DNA of 64,000 nucleotides from a virus. The position numbers and the translations under genes are program-made. Under the pieces are notes generated by a model. It searched no databases. It had not been told where the DNA came from and saw nothing but the letters and a program-made list of their open reading frames with translations. Below, piece by piece: positions 1 through 9,712 of this stretch (position 1 is the first letter of the stretch; each line of letters begins with the position of its first letter). Location of the stretch: the UHGV virus genome UHGV-1359874. One strand, 5' to 3'.

Positions 1-26
1 GAAATTTTAAACAGTCAGTAATTTGC

Positions 27-236
27 ATGGAAGAATGTGCAGAACTTACCAAGGCAATTTCTAAAATGTTGCGCGGAAATGATGGGTATTATACTAATTT
101 GGTTGAAGAAATGGCGGATGTACTTATTAGCATCGAGATGCTAAAGCAAATTTACCATGTTGATGAAAGTGATCTTGAAGGCTGGGTAAATTTTAAAGTA
201 AACCGCAATTATGAAAAAGTGCTTGCCGCAAAATAA
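27..236 (+). CDS. hypothetical protein (69 aa)
   Basis: ORF track; first gene of the + early block. Confidence 0.4.
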   Translation: MEECAELTKAISKMLRGNDGYYTNLVEEMADVLISIEMLKQIYHVDESDLEGWVNFKVNRNYEKVLAAK

Positions 237-254
237 AAAAGAAGGTGAGGATTC

Positions 255-632
255 ATGTCAGAAAATCTAATAATTATTGGAACAGTGTTGTTTGCTTTAG
301 TAATAATCTTTTTAGCAAGTTATTTTATGAATAATTATGATAAACCTACAAGTTATTTAGGTATTAAGGTAAAACCTGTTTTACTAAATTATAAAACTTT
401 CAAAGAGGATTATGATAAAAATTCAGAAAAGTATTCTCTTTTTTCTGGTTCAGTATTTGTCTTCAATAATAAACAGCTAGAATATGAAATTTATTTTTCA
501 AATATTATAGATTATTATAAATATCAGATTTTTTATTATAAGACAAAAATGTTAAAGTGGCAAAGAAAAAGAAAAATGGAAATTAAAGAAAATACTAAAG
601 ATTTTTTGAATTTTATTTCTAAAAGGGATTAA
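255..632 (+). CDS. hypothetical membrane protein (N-terminal TM helix)
   Basis: RBS aaggtgagg 7 nt upstream; hydrophobic N-terminus LIIIGTVLFALVIIFLASYF. Confidence 0.55.
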   Translation: MSENLIIIGTVLFALVIIFLASYFMNNYDKPTSYLGIKVKPVLLNYKTFKEDYDKNSEKYSLFSGSVFVFNNKQLEYEIYFSNIIDYYKYQIFYYKTKMLKWQRKRKMEIKENTKDFLNFISKRD

Positions 633-641
633 AGGTAAAAT

Positions 642-1202
642 ATGGACGTTTTAAAAATTTCTTTGATTTGTATTTTTAGTGGATTAAGTATTGTTATTTT
701 TTTTGTTTTAATTATGTTCCACTCTGATATGAGAGTTATTAACCGCAAGCGATTTAATAATTTTAATGAATGCCACATAATAGGTGTTGGTTCAGAAGTG
801 TTTCTTACTTTTGAGGAATTTATGAATTATTATTCACTCGCGCCTGATAAGTATGTTGGTGAATATGACAACAACAAGCCTAGTTTACGCTTTTGTTGTT
901 ATATGCCTGAAGCTGAACAGAATAAAATTTTTCCAAAAAAGATTCAGATTGGTTTTAAAACTCTTAAGGATTATAAGCAATATGCGAAATGGATTCGTGA
1001 AGTTGAAATCTTTGATGAAAAATTAAAGAAGCAAAAGGAAACCACAGAATTTTTGAATTATGTGCAGGATGATATTAATGCTTTGCGGAAACAAAGTGCA
1101 GATGAAATGCGGGTTGCTACAGATTCTATACAGCAGATTATTACGCAACAGAATGCTGAAAAATCTTTAGAGGATTTTTTAAATAAAGAAAAAACTTTAT
1201 GA
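642..1202 (+). CDS. hypothetical membrane/coiled-coil protein
   Basis: ORF track; N-terminal TM segment, charged coiled-coil C-terminus. Confidence 0.55.
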   Translation: MDVLKISLICIFSGLSIVIFFVLIMFHSDMRVINRKRFNNFNECHIIGVGSEVFLTFEEFMNYYSLAPDKYVGEYDNNKPSLRFCCYMPEAEQNKIFPKKIQIGFKTLKDYKQYAKWIREVEIFDEKLKKQKETTEFLNYVQDDINALRKQSADEMRVATDSIQQIITQQNAEKSLEDFLNKEKTL

Positions 1203-1518
1203 GGTTGATTTAAAAAGTTATAGAACAGAACAAGATGCTAGAGATAATAGAGAGAAATGGCATGAAGTTTTTATTAAAGATGAAAAATTTTTCGAGAAGG
1301 AATTTTAAAAAAGCTATTCTCTTAGTAATTTGAAATTAAAATTATTCTTAGATATTCTTTTAGTAATTTGAAATTAAAAATGCTCTTAAAGAGGGAAATG
1401 TCCAGACAAACCCATTTTTAAAAATCAAATCTGAATTTTCCCAAAACCCTACCCCCCGGTTTTATTTTCATCTCACCTAATACACATACAAACACTCCGT
1501 AGTCACGCTGTTTCTCCT

Positions 1519-1558
1519 CGGGGCGTGAGCTATTCACACGCCCCGTCTTTCTCTTTTT
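1519..1558 (+). terminator. rho-independent terminator (9-bp GC stem cggggcgtg/cacgccccg + T-run)
   Basis: perfect inverted repeat followed by tctttctcttttt. Confidence 0.7.
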
Positions 1559-1599
1559 GTATATATTGCACAAATTTTTTCTAAAATTTTTGTTAAAAA

Positions 1600-1740
1600 T
1601 GACAAATCAGTTCGATCCTGAATCCACTTCAACCCTTTAAAGCATCACACTTTAACAGTGTAAAGCATAACACTTCACTCATTTAATGTATTACACTTCA
1701 ACAGTGTGAAGTATTACAGTTCGACCCTTTAAAGCGGCGA
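1600..1740. repeat. cluster of direct repeats (cagttcgaYcc, ccctttaaagc) and imperfect palindrome acttcaacagtgtgaagt
   Basis: read directly; units at 1608/1717, 1633/1726, palindrome 1695-1712; no ORF. Confidence 0.6.
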
Positions 1741-2137
1741 AGATTGTTAAAGATTTAACGCACTCTATTCATCGCATCACCGCAGGACTTCTAACAAAAA
1801 CCTTTTTAAAAGATGTCTTTTATCTAAGTCTTTTGTAAAACACTTTTATTAAAGTAATTAGTGAAAGACTTCTAACAACAACCTGTTTTAAACAAATCTT
1901 TTACAAAAGTTCTTGTCGTATGTCAAGAGTTAGTGTAATAATGTATAACTTTACCTAATTAGTGTTATGGTAAATTAACTGGTAAAAACTGTAAGAACTG
2001 GTAAAGACTGGTAGAAAGCGCAAGGTGTGAAACACAAGCTCAACAATAGCACAACCAAACGTTGTAAGTCTACAACAAAACGTTGTTGTACATTTAATGT
2101 ATTATGTGTTATAGTATAGATACAGTAAAGGGAAAGG

Positions 2138-2428
2138 ATGTGTAATAGTATGGTAAACATTCAGGTAACGCTGTTTGATGTTAATGGCAAGTACAGACCT
2201 ATTAGCACTATTGTTCAGGCTGAAAGCGTAGAGACATACACCGCAAACAAAAGCAAGTATCATGTGAGAGCTATTCAAAAGATGTGCGCTCAGAGATGCA
2301 GGACATGGACTAGCTTGAAAGCGGATGGGTATCAAAAGATGAAAGCTAGAATCTACGATAAAGAAAAGATTCAAGCGGAGAATGCAGAACGGTATGAACG
2401 CATTAAGAAAGAAAGGGGCTGGAACTGA
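2138..2428 (+). CDS. hypothetical basic protein (96 aa)
   Basis: ORF track; RBS gggaaagga upstream. Confidence 0.45.
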   Translation: MCNSMVNIQVTLFDVNGKYRPISTIVQAESVETYTANKSKYHVRAIQKMCAQRCRTWTSLKADGYQKMKARIYDKEKIQAENAERYERIKKERGWN

Positions 2429-2709
2429 TGCATGACTATATTGTTAAGGTAGACCTTACAGAGACTGGAAAAGATATGAATTTCGTCGAATTAAACGACA
2501 TCACTGAATGGTGGACTGACATAAAAACGTGCTTGCGTTCTGTGAAAGGTTGGTTAGAAATACCTGATTCCTTTAAGTGTATCTCTATCATAGATGATGA
2601 AACAGGCGTTCTAATGGCACAGTTCTCACCTCTTGGAAGTCTTACCTATGCAGACGATGATTTTTACAAAGTTTTCTTTTTTGAATATCTTTCTCAGTTA
2701 TTGGAATGA
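2428..2709 (+). CDS. hypothetical protein (93 aa)
   Basis: ORF track; followed by terminator 2711-2744. Confidence 0.5.
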   Translation: MHDYIVKVDLTETGKDMNFVELNDITEWWTDIKTCLRSVKGWLEIPDSFKCISIIDDETGVLMAQFSPLGSLTYADDDFYKVFFFEYLSQLLE

Positions 2710-2710
2710 A

Positions 2711-2744
2711 AAAGAAGTGAGCTTTAAGCTCACTTCTTTCTTTA
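2711..2744 (+). terminator. rho-independent terminator
   Basis: aaagaagtgagc/gctcacttcttt hairpin + T-run. Confidence 0.7.
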
Positions 2745-2930
2745 TCACTTCTATAAAAAATATTGTTAAAAGATGTGGCAAAGTGTACAATAAGCGGTGA
2801 TGTGTTTTGTGCAAAAGGTAGAACACGAGAAAAATTGAAAATAATGCTTGCTTTTTAGCTTGCACTGTCTTATAATAATAATCGTAAGGAACAGGTGCTA
2901 AACTTAATAAATAAAAAGGATGTATGAACT

Positions 2931-3167
2931 ATGAAAAAGACTTTTAACAAAACTGACATGAACGCTATCAACAGAACTCTGAATATTGTGAATGACTTGC
3001 TCAACAATGAATGGAATACACCTACTATTGGTATTGAACTTAGAGATGAAAATGTTGAGTTTACCAAAGATGAGCTTAACAGAACTTGGCTTGCCCTTGT
3101 TCGTCTTAAGATTGTTGCGGGAGATAGCATCGCCACTAAAACCCCTATGACTGAAATCGATGGTTAA
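2931..3167 (+). CDS. hypothetical protein (78 aa)
   Basis: ORF track; RBS aaaaggatg; terminator 3224-3251 downstream. Confidence 0.55.
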   Translation: MKKTFNKTDMNAINRTLNIVNDLLNNEWNTPTIGIELRDENVEFTKDELNRTWLALVRLKIVAGDSIATKTPMTEIDG

Positions 3168-3223
3168 AAAGATGCACGCTACTGCTATTGTTAGACAGGA
3201 ACTGTAAAAAATTTAAATTAGAA

Positions 3224-3251
3224 GAGGCGGAGAAAAAATCCGCCTTTTTCT
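3224..3251 (+). terminator. rho-independent terminator
   Basis: gaggcgga...tccgcctttttcttt. Confidence 0.7.
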
Positions 3252-3520
3252 TTACACATTTTTATCAAAGACTTTTATAAAAGTTATCTACGAAAGTGCC
3301 CCGAAAAAATTATACCACATATTCATGCCATTTGTCAAGAGGAAAAATAAAAAAATATTACACAAAAGAATATCCTAAAACTTGTACAAAATGCGGCGAT
3401 ACTTTTCATACAAAATGACGAAGGCAAAATGAAAAATAATGCTTGCAATTCTATAATATTCTGATATAATAATAAATGTAAATGGAAACCGCGAAACCTA
3501 CTTGAAAGGATGTATAAATA

Positions 3521-3769
3521 ATGAAAAAGATTTTCACTGAAAAAGACATTATCACTCTGAAAAATGCGGAATATCTGCTCCGCGGTATTGTTCAGCAGGA
3601 TTGGACAACCGACTATGCAGGTGACGATGCTATGATTGATAGCTTGGACTTATGGAAACGTGAAGAGCTGGATGAAATGTATTATTACCTGAGAAGTCTT
3701 ATCTGTACCGCTAAAGAATGTATTGAAAAGGGATTACCTTTCAAGAATATGGAATACAAAAATGACTGA
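3521..3769 (+). CDS. hypothetical protein (82 aa)
   Basis: ORF track; RBS gaaaggatg; terminator 3773-3806. Confidence 0.55.
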   Translation: MKKIFTEKDIITLKNAEYLLRGIVQQDWTTDYAGDDAMIDSLDLWKREELDEMYYYLRSLICTAKECIEKGLPFKNMEYKND

Positions 3770-3825
3770 ATGAAAAGTGATAGTTTAACTATCACTTTTC
3801 ATTTCTAAAAAATTTTAAAAAGCCC

Positions 3826-3854
3826 TTGACAAATAAATAAAATGGTATTATAAT
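3826..3854 (+). promoter_or_regulatory. sigma-70-like early promoter (TTGACA-17-TATAAT)
   Basis: ttgaca 3826-3831, tataat 3849-3854, 17-nt spacer; drives small ORF at 3887. Confidence 0.6.
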
Positions 3855-3886
3855 AAAGACAGAAAACAAGAGAGGAGCACTTCAAA

Positions 3887-4027
3887 ATGTATGAATTTGA
3901 AATCCGCAATAAGCTGACAGACGAAACCTCTTTTCTGTTCGGTTATAGCTGGGACAACGCTTTCAGCCGCCATCCTGACATGAATCCCGCCGAATGGACG
4001 GAAGTTTTTAGTGAATACGTTGATTGA
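3887..4027 (+). CDS. small hypothetical protein (~46 aa; not in ORF track because under 60 aa)
   Basis: ATG with RBS agaggag, promoter upstream, terminator hairpin gttgattgactc/gtcaatcaac downstream. Confidence 0.35.
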   Translation: MYEFEIRNKLTDETSFLFGYSWDNAFSRHPDMNPAEWTEVFSEYVD

Positions 4028-4062
4028 CTCAAAGCGTCAATCAACCAATAAAATAAAGGGAT

Positions 4063-4335
4063 GTGTTAAAAATGAAAATTTCTGAATTTAAGAGTAAGCG
4101 CTTTCAATTCACAGAAGATGAAAGAGATTCTTTCATCCTTGTATTTAATCTCATGCAAGAAATTTATGAGAATACTCAAGAAATGGGAATGGATACTTTT
4201 CTAATTCACAGTAAAGAATCTAATACAACCATTGACGATGAAGATTTTACGACTGCGCTTGACTCATTTTCTCAAGTGGCTGATTTGTTTGATACCCCTG
4301 ACTATGCGGACGGCGTTACTTTGGATGTAACATAA
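4063..4335 (+). CDS. hypothetical acidic protein (90 aa; GTG start likely)
   Basis: ORF track; terminator 4337-4364 follows. Confidence 0.5.
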   Translation: MLKMKISEFKSKRFQFTEDERDSFILVFNLMQEIYENTQEMGMDTFLIHSKESNTTIDDEDFTTALDSFSQVADLFDTPDYADGVTLDVT

Positions 4336-4336
4336 A

Positions 4337-4364
4337 GAAAAGCGGTTAAACCGCTTTTCTTTTT
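4337..4364 (+). terminator. rho-independent terminator
   Basis: gaaaagcggtt/aaccgcttttc + T-run. Confidence 0.7.
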
Positions 4365-4656
4365 ACTTTTATAAAAGTCTTTCATTGAAGCGCCCCCGAA
4401 AAATTTTAGCACACCCGCCGCATAAAATCAATAGGTAAAATAGACAAAATAAAATGAAAATTCATATCCCATTTTGTATGATTTTGTATTGACAGATACA
4501 ATAAATTTTGATATACTTAATACAGAAATTAAGAAAGAAACAAATTTCTGAAAGGATGTAATTTTTATGAAAAAGTTCGCTATGGAGTTTGCCGCATTTA
4601 CATTTTTTGTTTTTGCCCCGCTGGTAACTATGTGGATTATTAAAGGGGGAATCTAA

Positions 4657-5124
4657 ATGAATATCAAGTTCATTATCATCTTTTCTCTGCTGTCTCTTGT
4701 GAATGTGATTTTTGCCACATTCAAAAGCCTTGTAACCATTAAAGGCGGGAAATGGGCGGCAGCTCTAGCTAATGCAGGATATTTCGCATTCTATAATATC
4801 ATGTTGATTTTTACTGTTGCGGATTTCCCTATGTGGGTGAAGTGCATCATTACTTTTGGCTCAAACCTTATCGGCGTTTTGCTGGTCAAGTTCATTGAAG
4901 AAAAGAGCGCAAAAGAAAAGTTGTGGAAATTTGAAGCAACTTTCGCAATAGAAAATCTTGACAACATCAATCATCTTTTGAAAGAAATTCCACATAATTA
5001 CATTGAAGTTGGTAAGTGGGTCATTTTCAATATTTACTGCGCTACTTGTGAACAGAGTGAATCTATTACTGAAATTTGTAAGTTGTATCATGGAAAATAT
5101 TTCGTAACTGAAACCAAAATGTGA
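4657..5124 (+). CDS. hypothetical multi-pass membrane protein
   Basis: ORF track; several hydrophobic segments; RBS aagggggaatc. Confidence 0.55.
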   Translation: MNIKFIIIFSLLSLVNVIFATFKSLVTIKGGKWAAALANAGYFAFYNIMLIFTVADFPMWVKCIITFGSNLIGVLLVKFIEEKSAKEKLWKFEATFAIENLDNINHLLKEIPHNYIEVGKWVIFNIYCATCEQSESITEICKLYHGKYFVTETKM

Positions 5125-5158
5125 AAAAAATCTTTCCCGCCTATTTTTAAAAAACCTC

Positions 5159-5187
5159 TTGACAATTCTCTTTTTTCATGTTATAAT
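5159..5187 (+). promoter_or_regulatory. sigma-70-like early promoter
   Basis: ttgaca 5159-5164, 17-nt spacer, tataat 5182-5187. Confidence 0.6.
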
Positions 5188-5219
5188 CAAGTCACAAAAG
5201 AAAGAGAGGCAGAGACACC

Positions 5220-5381
5220 ATGAGAGAGAACCTGATAGACCACATGATTAGAATCTACGGCTTTGAGCATCCTGTCGTTATCCAGTTTATTGAATTGTGT
5301 GAACGTATGGCAGACACTGAATATAATAATAAAGCTTTAATGACACTTGTAAAAGCTCATGAAGAAAATCCTGCTTTTTAA
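5220..5381 (+). CDS. small hypothetical protein (~53 aa)
   Basis: ATG after promoter 5159-5187, RBS agagaggcagag; under ORF-track size cut-off. Confidence 0.35.
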   Translation: MRENLIDHMIRIYGFEHPVVIQFIELCERMADTEYNNKALMTLVKAHEENPAF

Positions 5382-5444
5382 GGAGAAAATACTTGACAAG
5401 CTACCCAAAGCATGATATAATAAAAACACAATAAAGGAAAGGAA

Positions 5445-5660
5445 TTGATAATTATGAAGTCTTTTATTGATTGGTACAAAACTATAAGAGGTGAAGAACC
5501 TCCTCGCGGAAAAATTTCGTATAACTGGTTTAGAGAAAATGGGTTCCCCATGATAGTTGAATGTAATAGTTGTGAAGGTACTATGCTACTGTTCAACTCT
5601 TGTATTGATGAAAATGGTTATGTTTTTTGCCCGAGGTGTGCAGGAATTGAAGAAAATTAA
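5445..5660 (+). CDS. small zinc-ribbon protein (CxxC...CxxC)
   Basis: ORF track; CNSCEG...CPRCAG motifs; promoter ttgaca 5393/tataat 5416; terminator 5675-5707. Confidence 0.5.
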   Translation: MIIMKSFIDWYKTIRGEEPPRGKISYNWFRENGFPMIVECNSCEGTMLLFNSCIDENGYVFCPRCAGIEEN

Positions 5661-5674
5661 AAATAAATAATTAA

Positions 5675-5707
5675 AATGAGAGAGTAAAACTCTCTCATTT
5701 TTTTTTG
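5675..5707 (+). terminator. rho-independent terminator
   Basis: aatgagagag/ctctctcatt + T9. Confidence 0.7.
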
Positions 5708-6032
5708 AGCTTGATAAAACTGTGGCGACTTCTAACAAAAACCTTTTTAATAGTAGACTTTTATAAAAGACTTTAGTAAAACATAGCATCCCCGCCGAAA
5801 AATTATACCACATAACCCCGCAGTTTGTCAAGACTAATTTGCGAAAAATTTGCACAAAAATCCTATCCTGAAACTGTGCAAAATACCAAATACCAATTTT
5901 CGTCAAAAGTGGAAACAACTGGTAAAACCGCATCCAGTAATTTACATTTTCGTCATTTTACACAAACTTGCAATTTTGCTATTGACTGCCGCAATTTTTT
6001 GTGCTATACTTTAGTCACAATTTAAAAAGGAC

Positions 6033-6734
6033 GTGTTACAAATGGAAAATAAGATTGACCGCCGTATTAAATATGTTATTGTGCTGGACACTGAAACCGC
6101 CCCCATGGACAAGGACGTGCAAGAGGTTGACCCTTATAATATGCTTGTTTATGATGTGGGTTTCGCGGTTTGCGATAAGCGCGGAAACGTCTATGAGACT
6201 TTTTCTTTTGTTAATTATGACGTGTATGTTTGTGAAAAGTCTCTTATGAAGTCCGCTTATTATGCAAATAAAATTCCCCTGTATGAAAAGCAGATTGCAA
6301 GCGGTGAGCGCAAACTGGTAAAGTTTTTCACCATCCGTAAAGTGCTGAATGAAGTTATTCAAAAGTATGGAATTACTAAAATTTATGCACATAACCATCG
6401 TTTTGACCTTGGAGCGCTCAACAATACAGAACGTTGGCTCACTAAATCTAAATATCGATATTTCTATCCCCGTTATGTAGAAATTTACGATACTTTGAAA
6501 ATGTCCCGCCAAATTCTGGGAAAACAAAAGGCATACAAAGAATATTGTATTGCTAACGGTTACATGACCAAAAACAATCAATGCCGTTTTACCGCTGAAA
6601 TTATTTACCGCTACATCACCGGAAACAAAGAATTCACAGAAGAACATCAGGGCTTACAAGATGTTTTGATTGAAAAGGAAATTCTTTCCTATTGTGTAAG
6701 CAGACACAAGAAAATGGACGGAAAACTTTTTTAA
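6033..6734 (+). CDS. DEDDh-type 3'-5' exonuclease (DnaQ/RNase T-like); real start probably ATG at ~6042
   Basis: VLDTETAP (Exo I-like) and YAHNHRFDLGAL (Exo III H-x4-D) motifs; promoter ttgact 5983/tatact 6005. Confidence 0.6.
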   Translation: MLQMENKIDRRIKYVIVLDTETAPMDKDVQEVDPYNMLVYDVGFAVCDKRGNVYETFSFVNYDVYVCEKSLMKSAYYANKIPLYEKQIASGERKLVKFFTIRKVLNEVIQKYGITKIYAHNHRFDLGALNNTERWLTKSKYRYFYPRYVEIYDTLKMSRQILGKQKAYKEYCIANGYMTKNNQCRFTAEIIYRYITGNKEFTEEHQGLQDVLIEKEILSYCVSRHKKMDGKLF

Positions 6735-6753
6735 AGAAATTCGCGGGCGGGGG

Positions 6754-7272
6754 TTGACAAGTCCCCGCCCTTCTGTTATACTATACTCAGAAAGACAAGA
6801 GGAAGTGAATCAAATGAAAAAATCTTTAGTGTTCGACTGTGATGGTACTTTGTGTGACTTTTACGGCGTTCACAGTTGGCTGGAATATTTGGAGCAGTCT
6901 AACCCTTATCCCTATGAAGTAGCGAAACCGCTTTATAATATGGACATTTTACGGGAAGTGTTGGAACTGCTCAAAGCTCAGGGCTGGAAAATTATTGTAA
7001 CTAGTTGGCTTGCAAAAAACAGTACCCCGGAATTTAAGGATAGCACCCGAAAAGCAAAGCGGGAATGGCTGGAAAAATACCGTTTCCCCTATGATGAAAT
7101 TCATCTGGTGCAATACGGAACCACAAAAGCGAATTGCACACGGAAAAGTGGCGGATTCCAGATTCTGGTAGATGATAATGCGGCGGTGCGTAGCGGTTGG
7201 CATTTAGGCTCAACCATTGATGCAAACCGCGATATTATCCCTGAGTTAATGCGAATTGCGGCGGGGAATTAA
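6754..7272 (+). CDS. HAD-superfamily phosphatase, probably 5'(3')-deoxyribonucleotidase-like; real start probably ATG at ~6814 (MKKSLVFDCDGTL)
   Basis: DxDGT motif FDCDGTLCDF; promoter ttgaca 6754/tatact 6777 lies inside the listed ORF; flanked by GC inverted repeats. Confidence 0.6.
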   Translation: MTSPRPSVILYSERQEEVNQMKKSLVFDCDGTLCDFYGVHSWLEYLEQSNPYPYEVAKPLYNMDILREVLELLKAQGWKIIVTSWLAKNSTPEFKDSTRKAKREWLEKYRFPYDEIHLVQYGTTKANCTRKSGGFQILVDDNAAVRSGWHLGSTIDANRDIIPELMRIAAGN

Positions 7273-7307
7273 CCCCGCCCCACGCAAAAATAATTTCAAA
7301 TTCACTA

Positions 7308-7336
7308 TTGACAAACCAGCAAAAGCATGATATACT
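7308..7336 (+). promoter_or_regulatory. sigma-70-like early promoter with conserved downstream TACTTAATACAGAAA
   Basis: ttgaca 7308-7313, tatact 7331-7336; same extended motif at ~4495 and ~9000. Confidence 0.6.
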
Positions 7337-7568
7337 TAATACAGAAAATAACAAGGGGGTTCAATCAATGAGTATTCCGAAAGAATTTAAGCGTATTGCC
7401 GATGAACTTGATAAGTTGTCCACAGAAATCGCAAGACGGGCTTTCGCATGTCAGGATAGAGCAGACAAGGAAGAAATGGCTAAACTGAGCGATGAAATTT
7501 TTTCTATTCAGTCTAAATTGCGGTATGAGCTTTACAATGATGCAACGTATTTTTTCGATGAAGATTGA
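7308..7568 (+). CDS. hypothetical protein; real start probably ATG ~7369 (about 66 aa)
   Basis: ORF track; 5' part overlaps promoter; RBS caaggggg before 7369. Confidence 0.45.
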   Translation: MTNQQKHDILNTENNKGVQSMSIPKEFKRIADELDKLSTEIARRAFACQDRADKEEMAKLSDEIFSIQSKLRYELYNDATYFFDED

Positions 7569-7757
7569 AAAAACTCTTGACAGCCTTGCAAAAGTATGTT
7601 ATAATCATTATAGAAAATGAAGGAAGGGGCTGGAGCCTATGAATGTAAATTAACCAGTCAACAAAAAAAAGTGTTGACAAAAGAAAAAAGCTATGATATA
7701 ATAAAGACAATCCAAAGGAAAACAAAAATTTTTAAAAAACAAAAGGAGAAATGATTT

Positions 7758-8186
7758 ATGTCTACTATCACTAAGAAGATTATGTTCGCCGCTATCGCCA
7801 ATTATTTTGACAACTGCGATGACAGTATAATTTTCATCCCCGAGGATCTGGTCACTGAGAACATGGAAAACCCGATTTCCGTCAAGGATGTTATCAAGTT
7901 CCTAAATCATGAAATGGAGCTGGTTTCTCGCAAGCGCTCTACTGGTAACTCTAAGCCCACTGCAAAGCAGGCAGAGCAGGACGCCATGCGCGAAAAGATT
8001 CTTGCTTTCCTGCGTGAGAATGGCACTTCTACCGCAACCGATATTCAGAACGCGCTTTCCATTTCTAACCAGCGTGTGAATGGTCTGATGCGCCCGCTGG
8101 TCAAGTCTGGTGAGATTATCCGCACCGAGGACAAGAAGAAGGCTTATTTCTCTGTTGCGGTTTCCGAGTCTGAGAACGAGGACTAA
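7758..8186 (+). CDS. winged-helix DNA-binding protein (paralog of 10854..11258)
   Basis: shared pattern FLNHE..L..RKRS..SKPTAKQ...TATDI.N.L...NQRVN.L...KAYF with 10854 ORF; two tandem TTGACA/TATAAT promoters at ~7575 and ~7675. Confidence 0.6.
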   Translation: MSTITKKIMFAAIANYFDNCDDSIIFIPEDLVTENMENPISVKDVIKFLNHEMELVSRKRSTGNSKPTAKQAEQDAMREKILAFLRENGTSTATDIQNALSISNQRVNGLMRPLVKSGEIIRTEDKKKAYFSVAVSESENED

Positions 8187-8292
8187 ACCATTTAGGGGAC
8201 GTGGTAAAAAAATCCCCGTCCCCGCATAAAAAAGTATTGACAGCCCCAGCAAAGTGTGATATACTTTAGATAATCTCAAAGGGGGTTATTAA

Positions 8293-8649
8293 ATGGCAAA
8301 AGTAAAAGATAAGGAAACGCTGATTGCTCAGATTATAAAAGAGGCGGCGGCAGATGGTGAACCCGTTACCCGTGAAGAGGCTGAGGAAATGGCGGAAATG
8401 GAAATCAAGGCGCAGGGCGTGAAAATCTATGCCAAATCCGAGGAAAGCTCTAGCAAGCCCCGCAAAAAGCGAGAAGTGAAAACTGACCCGGACAAGCTGG
8501 AACTGATGGGCGTTTTGAGTGATGCTATTATGGGGTTCGGTTTGGACGCTGTTACAATCAATCCACAACGTGAAATTTCTTTCGATTGGCATGAAATGAA
8601 TTATTCCGTAGTTCTTACTCAGCACCGAAAGAAGAAGGCAGGGGACTAA
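8293..8649 (+). CDS. hypothetical protein (118 aa)
   Basis: ORF track; promoter ttgacagccccagcaaagtgtgatatact upstream; hairpin 8638-8659 downstream. Confidence 0.5.
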   Translation: MAKVKDKETLIAQIIKEAAADGEPVTREEAEEMAEMEIKAQGVKIYAKSEESSSKPRKKREVKTDPDKLELMGVLSDAIMGFGLDAVTINPQREISFDWHEMNYSVVLTQHRKKKAGD

Positions 8650-8689
8650 AGTCCCCTGCTTATCAAATCAAAAGGATGTGTGCTAAAAT

Positions 8690-8968
8690 ATGGAATTGAA
8701 AATTGACGGCATGGGAATGGAAAGTTCTCTCAGTAAAATGACAGATGAGGAACTGTGTAAAATTAAAGATACTGTGAGCCAAATTTTGGAAACCCGCTAT
8801 TTCCAGAAAAAGGAAGAAGCTTGGCTGACAGTAAAAGATGCCATTACTAACTATTGTAAAAACTATGGAAGCATTGATATTTTTATTCGTGGGGATGATG
8901 ATATTCTTGCCCTTGATTCTACGGATGATTTTTCTACCCTTGGAGAAATTTATTTTAAAAAACTTTAA
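8690..8968 (+). CDS. hypothetical protein (92 aa)
   Basis: ORF track; RBS aaaaggatg. Confidence 0.5.
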   Translation: MELKIDGMGMESSLSKMTDEELCKIKDTVSQILETRYFQKKEEAWLTVKDAITNYCKNYGSIDIFIRGDDDILALDSTDDFSTLGEIYFKKL

Positions 8969-9029
8969 AATAAATCTTGACAACAGGTCAAAAGCATGGT
9001 ATACTTAATACAGAAATTAAGAAAAGGAA

Positions 9030-9443
9030 GTGTTTCACATGACCCCTGAAAGAATGGAATTTCTGGAAAATGAATGGGTGAAGTATTTTAACGAAAATAC
9101 TGAGCACAAATCGCTTAATGAACTGTTCAATGATTTCGCAAATATCTACTCCGCAACTTATGAGGAATATAATGATATTTGGAATATTATTACCAAAGCA
9201 CAAGAGGAAATAGTGCAGAAACGGCTGAGCGATTTGGCTTTGACTACTGCGGCGGCGTATAACAAGAAATGGGAAGAACATCGTGCAGACCCTGAGAATT
9301 TCCTGCTGGAAGTTGAGACTGAAATGCTTGTAAGAGTAGTTAATGAGCTGGAACACCTGAACCCGCACCCCTACAATTTCAAGTATAACACCATGTATCA
9401 GAATCAGAATGATTATGGAAACTTACAGGAAAAGCGGTTTTAA
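9030..9443 (+). CDS. hypothetical protein; likely start ATG ~9039
   Basis: ORF track; promoter ttgacaacagg...tatact 8990-9012; terminator 9430-9459. Confidence 0.5.
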   Translation: MFHMTPERMEFLENEWVKYFNENTEHKSLNELFNDFANIYSATYEEYNDIWNIITKAQEEIVQKRLSDLALTTAAAYNKKWEEHRADPENFLLEVETEMLVRVVNELEHLNPHPYNFKYNTMYQNQNDYGNLQEKRF

Positions 9444-9459
9444 ACCGCTTTTCTTTTTT
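9430..9459 (+). terminator. rho-independent terminator
   Basis: aaaagcggttt/aaaccgctttt + T-run. Confidence 0.7.
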
Positions 9460-9637
9460 GCACAAATTCATAGCAGAATTTCTGTTTAAAATGACAAAAA
9501 TATTTTCAAGACCCTTTTCTACATAATGCACAAAAATTTTAAATTCACCCGCCCATTTTTTATATACTTTACCTATTGACAAAAAATATCAATAGTCAAA
9601 ATGTACAAAAAAATTTGAAAAAATTTGTACAAAATGC

Positions 9638-9712
9638 CTATTGACAAAATTCGGGGTTGACAATTTTTCGTCGGCGCGCTTGCGATTGTAGCGCGCCGTC
9701 ATTTTGTCAATA
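9638..9712. repeat. 75-bp nested palindrome (tattgacaaaat ... ggcgcgc-N11-gcgcgcc ... attttgtcaata) overlapping -35/-10 elements
   Basis: read directly; embedded in 600-bp ORF-free region 9460-10060 with tgtacaaaa and ttgacaaaa repeats. Confidence 0.6.

Noticed and set aside
6036-6647. 203-aa minus-strand ORF opposite the exonuclease gene
   Set aside because: It lies entirely within the well-supported + strand DEDDh exonuclease gene and has no promoter or RBS on the minus strand.
8195-8223. Hairpin ggggacg...cgtcccc after gene 7758-8186 as a terminator
   Set aside because: There is no downstream T-run on the + strand; it may be a structural or processing element rather than an intrinsic terminator.
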